In this document: in pieces, positions 35,940-42,236 of the stretch
Layout: each line of letters starts with the position of its first letter
How positions within the stretch are numbered: the first letter of the stretch is position 1
DNA from: Patescibacteria group bacterium
GTDB lineage: Bacteria > Patescibacteriota > Patescibacteriia > UBA2591 > UBA6264
DNA: 51,096 nucleotides
NCBI GenBank assembly: GCA_035269445.1
Contig: DATFJC010000012.1
Coordinates: 1-51,096 of the forward strand
Direction of reading: 5' to 3'
Notes under the pieces: model-generated
Database searches by the model: none
Told to the model about the DNA's origin: nothing
What the model saw: the letters and a program-made list of their open reading frames with translations, nothing else
Translations under genes and position numbers: made by a program

Positions 35940-35994
35940 GGCTCGTCTCTTTTGTTTAAGCAATTAAGCTTTAAAACAAATCAAGAGGCGAGCC
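35940..35994 (-). promoter_or_regulatory. Long GC-containing imperfect hairpin between tuf and rpsJ (partial terminator or processing/stability element)
   Basis: The outer stem is GGCTCG(T/C)CTCTT, 12 bp with one mismatch. Inner TTTGTTT/AAACAAA and AAGC/GCTT pairings extend it. It starts 27 nt after the tuf stop and has no clean U-tract afterwards. Confidence 0.45.
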
Positions 35995-36021
35995 ACAAAA
36001 TAAATTATAAGATAAATTATT

Positions 36022-37227
36022 TTATTTGTCAATCTTGCTAACTACTCCAGCCCCTACAGTCTGACCACCTTCTCTAATAGCAAATTTTTGCTTTTCTTCT
36101 AAGGCAATAGACTTATAAAGTTTTACTTTAGCGTTAACAGTGTCACCTGGCATAGCCATTTCAGTACCTTTTGGAAGCTCTACTTCACCAGTTACATCAG
36201 TTGTTCTAATGTAAAATTGAGGCTTATATCCAGTAAAGAAAGGCGTGTGTCTTCCACCCTCTTCTTTAGAAAGAATATAAATTTGAGCTTCAAACTCCTT
36301 GTGAGGAGTAACTGTTCCTGGCTTAGCAATGACCTGACCTCTTTCAATGTCATCTTTTTTAATACCACGTAAAAGTATCCCGGCATTATCACCAGCTTGA
36401 CCTTCGTCAAGAGATTTCCTAAACATTTCAATACCAGTTACTACTGTTTTTTGAGTGTCGCGTAAACCAACAATTTCTATTTCATCTTTAATATTAACGA
36501 CCCCTCTTTCAATTCTACCAGTGGCAACCGTACCTCTACCTTCAATAGTAAAGATATCTTCAATAGGCATAAGAAATGGTTTATCTACATCTCTTTCTGG
36601 TTTAGGAAAGTGATTGTCCATAGCTTCAACTAGATCGAATATGGGTTTGCAGACTTCATCTTCTTTGTCGCCAGAAGATTTTTCTAAAGCCTTAAGAGCA
36701 GAACCTCTAATAATGGGAGTATTTTCACCATCATATTCATATTCTTTAAGAAGATCTTTAACCTCCTCTTCCACTAACTCTACTAATTCTTCATCTTCAA
36801 CCATGTCTGTCTTGTTTAAAAATACTACTATTCTAGGAACTCCAACCTGACGAGCAAGCAAAAGATGCTCTCTAGTTTGTGGCATTGGACCATCAGTTGC
36901 AGATATAACTAAAATTGCTCCATCCATTTGAGCAGCACCAGTTACCATATTTTTAACATAGTCAGCATGACCAGGACAATCAATATGAGCATAGTGACGT
37001 TTATCAGTTTCATACTCAACATGGGCCAAGGCAATAGTAATACCTCTTTCTTTTTCTTCAGGAGCATTATCAATTTGCTCTACGCTTTTATCATCAACGT
37101 GATAGCCAGCAGCTAATAGATTTTTAAGTATGGCTGCTGTTAAAGTAGTTTTACCATGATCTACGTGACCAATGGTACCCACATTAAGATGTGGCTTTCC
37201 TCTTTGAAATTTTTCTTTTCCTGCCAT
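36022..37227 (-). CDS. tuf: Elongation factor Tu
   Basis: 401 aa with [18 protein letters not shown] and NKTDMV GTPase motifs. Confidence 0.98.
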   Translation of the reverse strand: MAGKEKFQRGKPHLNVGTIGHVDHGKTTLTAAILKNLLAAGYHVDDKSVEQIDNAPEEKERGITIALAHVEYETDKRHYAHIDCPGHADYVKNMVTGAAQMDGAILVISATDGPMPQTREHLLLARQVGVPRIVVFLNKTDMVEDEELVELVEEEVKDLLKEYEYDGENTPIIRGSALKALEKSSGDKEDEVCKPIFDLVEAMDNHFPKPERDVDKPFLMPIEDIFTIEGRGTVATGRIERGVVNIKDEIEIVGLRDTQKTVVTGIEMFRKSLDEGQAGDNAGILLRGIKKDDIERGQVIAKPGTVTPHKEFEAQIYILSKEEGGRHTPFFTGYKPQFYIRTTDVTGEVELPKGTEMAMPGDTVNAKVKLYKSIALEEKQKFAIREGGQTVGAGVVSKIDK

Positions 37228-37363
37228 AAATTCTTATTATTTAATGTAAATTAAAGTTTTAATTTAGGGTATAAATTTTAAATAAGATATACTCTAGACC
37301 TTTTTTATTATTATATCAAAAAAAATTTTATGTGCAACTTTTTTATATTACAAGTTATCAACA

Positions 37364-37393
37364 ATTATAACAGAATCTATTTTAATATGTCAA
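37364..37393 (-). promoter_or_regulatory. Sigma70-type promoter TTGACA-18 nt-TATAAT upstream of tuf
   Basis: Minus strand reads TTGACAtattaaaatagattctgtTATAAT, about 135 nt upstream of the tuf ATG. Confidence 0.45.
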
Positions 37394-37454
37394 GCCCTTT
37401 TATATATATCCTAAAATAAATAAAATTATACCATAAATAAGGCTAAGAAATTAG

Positions 37455-37919
37455 TTACTCCAACTCATCACTAGCGTAAATAGATGATAAATCTTGCTTT
37501 TTATAGCCAAAGACCTCATTATCATTGAAAAACCTTCTTATTTCTTTCTTGGCTGTTTCCAGTGAATCAGAAGCATGAACAATATTATGTTGATGACTCA
37601 TAGAAAAATCTCCTCTTATAGTACCAGCTTCAGCCTCTCGCCCAACTGTTGGACCACAAAGATTTCTTACGGCTTGAATAGCTCCTCTTCCTTCTAAAAC
37701 AATTGCTACTACTGGGGCATCTTTCATAAACTCAACCAAGTCTTTAAAAAATCCCTTACCTTTATGCTGACTGTAATGTTTTTCTAAGGTTTCATCACTG
37801 AGCCTCATCATCTTTAAACCAATAATCTTAAGACCTTTTCTTTCAAAGCGAGAAATAACCTCTCCTAAAAAATTTCTTTGAATTGCATCTGGTTTTAATA
37901 AAACTAATGTTTTTTCCAT
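37455..37919 (-). CDS. ndk: Nucleoside diphosphate kinase
   Basis: 154 aa with LVLLKPDAIQRNFLGEVISRFERKGLKI and the active-site context NIVHASDS. Confidence 0.93.
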   Translation of the reverse strand: MEKTLVLLKPDAIQRNFLGEVISRFERKGLKIIGLKMMRLSDETLEKHYSQHKGKGFFKDLVEFMKDAPVVAIVLEGRGAIQAVRNLCGPTVGREAEAGTIRGDFSMSHQHNIVHASDSLETAKKEIRRFFNDNEVFGYKKQDLSSIYASDELE

Positions 37920-37921
37920 AA

Positions 37922-38797
37922 TTAATTTGATTTTAAAAATAATTTATTATCTTTTGTAAAAAATATTATATCACCTATTTTACTTGTTTGCAAAATTTTA
38001 GCATTTATTTTCTTGGCATTATCCAAAACCCTAAAGTGAGGATGGCCAAAATTATTTTTACCAGCTGAAATAATAAAAAATTCAGGCTTTAGCCTTTTTA
38101 AAAAACTTAGACTAGAAGAAAATTTAGATCCATGATGTCCGGCCTTTAAAACATCAGCTCTTAAAGCCTTATTATTTTTTATTATAAATTCTTCTACTTT
38201 TTTATTGGCATCTCCAGTAAATAAAAATTCATGATCCCTGTAATCAAGCAAACATACTATTGAAAGTGAGTTCCTTTCTTTAAAATCTTGATATTCCTTA
38301 ACAGGCCATAAAAATCTTAATTTTAAATCCTTTTCTAGACTTAAACTATAAAGAGATTTAATAACCTTAAAATCAATCCTTTTTTCTTTTAAAGTTTTTT
38401 CAAATTCTTTAAATGCAGGAATACTATTTTTGTCCCCATTTAAAAAAACCTTATCCACTTTATATCTTTTTAAAACCTCAACTAAGCCGACAAGGTGATC
38501 TTTGTCAGGGTGAGTTAAAATAATATAATTAATCTTTCTTTTATAAAAGGGAATATAATTATCTAATTTAAAAACAAGAGATTTGTCAGGCCCCCCATCT
38601 ATTAAAATGTTTTTTTGTTTTGGGGTTTGAATTAATATACTGTCCCCTTGGCCTACATTTAAAAAATTAACTCTTAATGAGCCAAATTCAGGCAAATCAG
38701 TTAAAATAGTAAGGTAGCCCAGCCCAACTAAACTAAAAAACAAGAAAAAGGCTACTAAACAAACTAAATAATATTTTTTATTAAATCTATTTTTCAT
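37922..38797 (-). CDS. ComEC C-terminal module: TM-anchored metallo-beta-lactamase-fold nuclease domain, encoded as a separate ORF
   Basis: 291 aa with one N-terminal TM helix, LNVGQGDSILIQTP, ILTHPDKDHLVGL and KAGHHGS. Its ATG (38797..38795) directly abuts, in the same frame, the TAA (38800..38798) of the channel ORF. Confidence 0.8.
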   Translation of the reverse strand: MKNRFNKKYYLVCLVAFFLFFSLVGLGYLTILTDLPEFGSLRVNFLNVGQGDSILIQTPKQKNILIDGGPDKSLVFKLDNYIPFYKRKINYIILTHPDKDHLVGLVEVLKRYKVDKVFLNGDKNSIPAFKEFEKTLKEKRIDFKVIKSLYSLSLEKDLKLRFLWPVKEYQDFKERNSLSIVCLLDYRDHEFLFTGDANKKVEEFIIKNNKALRADVLKAGHHGSKFSSSLSFLKRLKPEFFIISAGKNNFGHPHFRVLDNAKKINAKILQTSKIGDIIFFTKDNKLFLKSN

Positions 38798-40273
38798 TTA
38801 TTTTTTTCTTATAAGTTTAAAGTTTTTAATAATAATAAATATTAAAATAAGATAAAAGATAATTGCCAAAAATAAAGGAAAATTCGAAATTGTAAAAGAA
38901 AAATATGGCATCTTACAAGCAATATTTACTACTAAAACAACATAAGTTAATAATATAAATACTGGCCAAACAAAAATATTTCCCAATCCAATAAATATAA
39001 AACTAAACATTAAAAACAAAAAACCGAAAATCATTAATATGGGAACCATAAATAAAACTAAAATATTTGATAAGGGAGCAATTAAAGATAAGTGGCCAAA
39101 ATAAAAAAGAACCAAGGGCAAAACCATTAATTGAGCCCCCAAGCTAATACTTAAAAAAGAGCGAATTGGAAAAAAACTTAGGTCTGGTATTTTTTTCAAT
39201 ATTCTTTGGAATAAGGGGGTTAAAAAATAAATTCCCAAAACAGCTAAAAATGAAAATTGAAAACCTATATCCCAACCCAAAAGTTTTGGATTTATAAAAA
39301 GCATTAAACAAGCAGTTAATAATAATACCCGCAAAGATTCATGATTACGATTTAGCTTTTGCGATAAAAGTAAGGCAAAGCCCATAATAGCAGCCCTAAC
39401 CGCTGAAGCAGGCATACCTACCAAAATTACAAAAATAATAATAAAAATTAAATTTAAAATAAAACTAAGATTAGTATTAAAACCCAATACCCTGGAAAAC
39501 AAAACCATTAAAATACTTATTAAAACCGCGATATGAAGGCCTGAAATTGCCAAAACATGACTAAGACCAGCTTTAGCAAAATTTTCCCTTAAATCATCCG
39601 GAAAGCTTTTTTTATATCCTAGGATCAAAGCATTTAAAATACTACTTTGGGGCTCAGGTAAAAATTTATTAATAATTTTTTTTGAATTTTGCCTAATCTT
39701 TAAGATATTTTTATAAAAAAAAGAACTACTTTCCCCCACTTTTTTAATTTTAGGATAATAGCAAAGAGAATAAATCCCATAACGGGCTAAATACATTTTA
39801 TAATCAAAATTATTAAATTTTTCTGGAATTTTAAGATAGCAAGTTACATTTAAAAAATCACCATATCTATATTTACTATAATTGCTGGCATTAACTAAAA
39901 CCCTTCCTTTAATATTTTTATCACTTATCTTTATGTTACCAAGGGTTAATTTATCGTTTTTTAATCTTTGCTCTTTTTCTTTCACCACTCGCCCCTGAAA
40001 AGTAATTTCTTTATTTTTATAAAAACTAATATGATTGGGGTTAACACTAGGAATGCTAATTTGGTACCAAAAAATTCCAAATAGTAAAAACAAGGTATAT
40101 ATTAAAAAAATATTTTTAAAATCTTTTTTTAAATAAAAAAATAAAAATATTACAATTAAAAAACAAAAAGGCATATAAACAAAAAAAGGAACCGGGAGAA
40201 AAGTACCGATTCCAATACCGAGAACAAAAAATAATAAGGAAATAAATATAGATCGTGATAAAGAAAATTTCAT
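38798..40273 (-). CDS. comEC: ComEC/Rec2 DNA-uptake channel (DUF4131/OB-like N-terminal region plus Competence domain), lacking the MBL domain
   Basis: 491 aa polytopic protein with the GLSHVLAISGLHIAVL motif typical of the ComEC competence domain. Confidence 0.8.
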   Translation of the reverse strand: MKFSLSRSIFISLLFFVLGIGIGTFLPVPFFVYMPFCFLIVIFLFFYLKKDFKNIFLIYTLFLLFGIFWYQISIPSVNPNHISFYKNKEITFQGRVVKEKEQRLKNDKLTLGNIKISDKNIKGRVLVNASNYSKYRYGDFLNVTCYLKIPEKFNNFDYKMYLARYGIYSLCYYPKIKKVGESSSFFYKNILKIRQNSKKIINKFLPEPQSSILNALILGYKKSFPDDLRENFAKAGLSHVLAISGLHIAVLISILMVLFSRVLGFNTNLSFILNLIFIIIFVILVGMPASAVRAAIMGFALLLSQKLNRNHESLRVLLLTACLMLFINPKLLGWDIGFQFSFLAVLGIYFLTPLFQRILKKIPDLSFFPIRSFLSISLGAQLMVLPLVLFYFGHLSLIAPLSNILVLFMVPILMIFGFLFLMFSFIFIGLGNIFVWPVFILLTYVVLVVNIACKMPYFSFTISNFPLFLAIIFYLILIFIIIKNFKLIRKK

Positions 40274-40337
40274 ATATTATTTTTCTTGCTATTTATTGGT
40301 TATATTTTAACATATTTTTTAAAAATTTAAAAAGAAA

Positions 40338-40364
40338 AAGCCTATATCGTTTTGATATAGGCTT
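40338..40364 (-). terminator. Intrinsic terminator after the 74-aa gene (AAGCCTATATC-5 nt-GATATAGGCTT)
   Basis: Perfect 11-bp stem about 10 nt after the stop, followed on the minus strand by TTTCTTTTTAAATTTTT. Confidence 0.8.
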
Positions 40365-40375
40365 TTGTAATCAGT

Positions 40376-40600
40376 TTATAGTTTAACCTTAATCACCTCC
40401 TTGTCCGAGAAAAGAGAAAACCTTCCCTTTCCTCCAAGTTTAACTACTAAGGTTCTTGCCCTTGCTGTTTCACAAGGAGCAAAGTCCTCCTCTATCTTAA
40501 CATAAATGTGGCTACTGATCTCGTTTGAAAATACGCTTGGGGGCATAATAAATGCCTCGCCTGGTTTTAAATGCTCCAATCTAACGGTTTTAACTCTCAT
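40376..40600 (-). CDS. Small hypothetical protein (74 aa), paralogue of the 81-aa protein at 41228..41473
   Basis: GGAGG SD 4 nt before the ATG, with its own promoter and terminator. It shares LxxLKxGxxFI and VxKLGxxGxFS with the 81-aa ORF. Confidence 0.65.
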   Translation of the reverse strand: MRVKTVRLEHLKPGEAFIMPPSVFSNEISSHIYVKIEEDFAPCETARARTLVVKLGGKGRFSLFSDKEVIKVKL

Positions 40601-40624
40601 AATTCCTCCTTTGTAATTTTTATT

Positions 40625-40653
40625 AAAATATCACATTTTCTTTATTCTGTCAA
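40625..40653 (-). promoter_or_regulatory. Sigma70-type promoter TTGACA-17 nt-TATTTT for the 74-aa gene
   Basis: Minus strand reads TTGACAgaataaagaaaatgtgaTATTTT, about 25 nt upstream of the SD, just downstream of the PspC-domain ORF stop. Confidence 0.5.
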
Positions 40654-40662
40654 CCCAAAAAA

Positions 40663-41109
40663 CTACTTTTTGTTTCTTATTAATAAAAATAATCCAATAA
40701 AAATAAGAATAATAGGCCAACCAAATATAATTTTTACAACATTGGGCAAGGCTAATTGATTGGCAATGTAAATTATCCCCAATACTATTAAAAACCATGC
40801 AATAAAAAGTCTTCTTCTTTTTTTCTTTTCAGCTTGATTAAAATTATCTTTTAATTCTTTGGCACCTTGTTTTAAATCATTGCCCAAATCTTTAACCTTA
40901 TCTTTATTTAAGATAGATTCTTCTTTTTCCTTAGGAACTAAAATCCAAAATAAAACATAAATTAAAATGCCAGTTCCACCAAAAAGGCCAGATAATATAA
41001 AAATTAAGCGAATTAAAAGAGGATCAACGTCAAAATAAACCCCCAATCCTCCACAAACGCCAGCAATAATTTTATCTTCATTGGAACGATATAATTTTTT
41101 ATCAGCCAT
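40663..41109 (-). CDS. PspC-domain membrane protein
   Basis: 148 aa. The N-terminal DKIIAGVCGGLGVYFDVDPLLIRLIFILSGLFGG is the PspC domain, followed by a charged linker and two more TM helices. Confidence 0.8.
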   Translation of the reverse strand: MADKKLYRSNEDKIIAGVCGGLGVYFDVDPLLIRLIFILSGLFGGTGILIYVLFWILVPKEKEESILNKDKVKDLGNDLKQGAKELKDNFNQAEKKKRRRLFIAWFLIVLGIIYIANQLALPNVVKIIFGWPIILIFIGLFLLIRNKK

Positions 41110-41197
41110 AATTAATAATTTAAACTATTTATTATAAATAATATTATATCATAAATAAACATAAGCGCAAAACCAAATTATTTTCTATATAAAAAAA

Positions 41198-41221
41198 GCC
41201 TGCACCAATATTAGCGCAGGC
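41198..41221 (-). terminator. Intrinsic terminator after the 81-aa gene (GCCTGC...GCAGGC)
   Basis: Minus RNA GCCUGCGC-uaauauug-GUGCAGGC, followed by UUUUUUU, starting 7 nt after the stop. Confidence 0.75.
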
Positions 41222-41227
41222 ATAACA

Positions 41228-41473
41228 CTACATTATAACCGGGATTATTCTTGTATCAGACGGCATAACTTCGACAATAGAGATAAACCCTTCTTGACCT
41301 AGCCTCATAACCGAAGCTTTGGGTCTAATCCCCTTTCCTTCATCTCTTTTTGCCCAAATAACGTTTGGGCCGTCCAAAGAATAATTTTTATCGTCACTAA
41401 CAACGATAAAAAGATCGCCTATTTTTAAATCAGATAACTTGCAAACAGACACTTTTTTGGTTTCCCGTTTCAT
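41228..41473 (-). CDS. Small hypothetical protein (81 aa), paralogue of the 74-aa protein
   Basis: G-rich SD (GGGGGG) before the ATG, with its own promoter and terminator. Motifs are LSDLKIGDLFIV and VMRLGQEGFIS. Confidence 0.65.
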   Translation of the reverse strand: MKRETKKVSVCKLSDLKIGDLFIVVSDDKNYSLDGPNVIWAKRDEGKGIRPKASVMRLGQEGFISIVEVMPSDTRIIPVIM

Positions 41474-41507
41474 TTTCCCCCCTTTTTTTAATTAACGATT
41501 TGTTTTA

Positions 41508-41536
41508 AATATAAAATAATTTTTAATTTTCGTCAA
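41508..41536 (-). promoter_or_regulatory. Sigma70-type promoter TTGACG-17 nt-TATATT for the 81-aa gene
   Basis: Minus strand reads TTGACGaaaattaaaaattatttTATATT. The -35 abuts the nrdG stop codon. Confidence 0.45.
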
Positions 41537-41537
41537 G

Positions 41538-42236
41538 CTAAACACCCCTTAACTCAGTCTCTTGAACTTTTTTTTCTAAAATACTTTTAAATTCTTTTAG
41601 TTTTTCCTCTTTTAATGGCTTTAATTTAGAAAACTCTTTTTTTAAGGTATTTTTAGGCCTAAATTGTTGCAGGGCGTGCTTTTTAGCACCCTTAACAATG
41701 TCTCCAATTTTTTTAATTTCTTGTTTGTCAATAATGCCTGGGACTACAGTTGTTCTAAACTCATAATTTTTAAAATTTTTAATAATTTCAACACTTTTTT
41801 TAATATCTTCAACATTACAATTATCAACCCCAGCTGCTTTTGAATAATTTTCAAAACTAGCCTTAATATCCATAGCAATAAAATCAAGCAAATCTTTTTT
41901 AATTAACTCTTTTATCATATCTGGATTTGTTCCATTGGTATCAAGTTTTATTAAGTAGCCCAAATCTTTAATCTTTTTTAAAAAATCAGGCAAACTTTTA
42001 TAAATTGTTGGTTCTCCCCCAGTCACAACAACCGCTTCAATAAGACCCTGCCTTTTTCTTAAAAAATTAAAAATCTTTTCTTGTTTTATTTCTCTTCTTT
42101 CCTCAGCTAATAATAAGCTCTTATTATGACAAAAACCACATTTAAAATTACAACCATTGGTAAAAATAATACAAGAAACAAGACCTGGATAATCAAGTAA
42201 GCTATTTTTTTGTAATCCTCCAATTGAAATAGACAT
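41538..42236 (-). CDS. nrdG: Anaerobic ribonucleoside-triphosphate reductase activating protein (radical SAM)
   Basis: 232 aa with CNFKCGFCHN (CxxxCxxC) and GGEPT. Its start overlaps the nrdD stop as TAATG. Confidence 0.9.
   Translation of the reverse strand: MSISIGGLQKNSLLDYPGLVSCIIFTNGCNFKCGFCHNKSLLLAEERREIKQEKIFNFLRKRQGLIEAVVVTGGEPTIYKSLPDFLKKIKDLGYLIKLDTNGTNPDMIKELIKKDLLDFIAMDIKASFENYSKAAGVDNCNVEDIKKSVEIIKNFKNYEFRTTVVPGIIDKQEIKKIGDIVKGAKKHALQQFRPKNTLKKEFSKLKPLKEEKLKEFKSILEKKVQETELRGV

Noticed and set aside
24605-37116. Many short ORFs overlap the adk, r-protein and tuf genes. These are 24605..24811, 28019..28396, 28956..29138, 29633..29950, 31645..31869, 32668..32895, 33628..33843, 33869..34129, 33877..34074, 34782..34973, 35144..35329, 36192..36431, 36614..36850 and 36928..37116.
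   Set aside because: All lie inside highly conserved genes, antisense or in an alternate frame. The 33869..34129 and 33877..34074 pair merely mirrors the Lys-codon repeats of rplW. No independent signals support them.
37228-37454. tRNA genes were looked for upstream of tuf (as in the thrU-tyrU-glyT-thrT-tufB arrangement), and rRNA or other structured RNAs in the longer intergenic regions.
   Set aside because: These intergenic regions are extremely AT-rich, with no cloverleaf-compatible GC stems or conserved T-loop (GTTCxAxTC) sequences. None were found anywhere in the window by eye.
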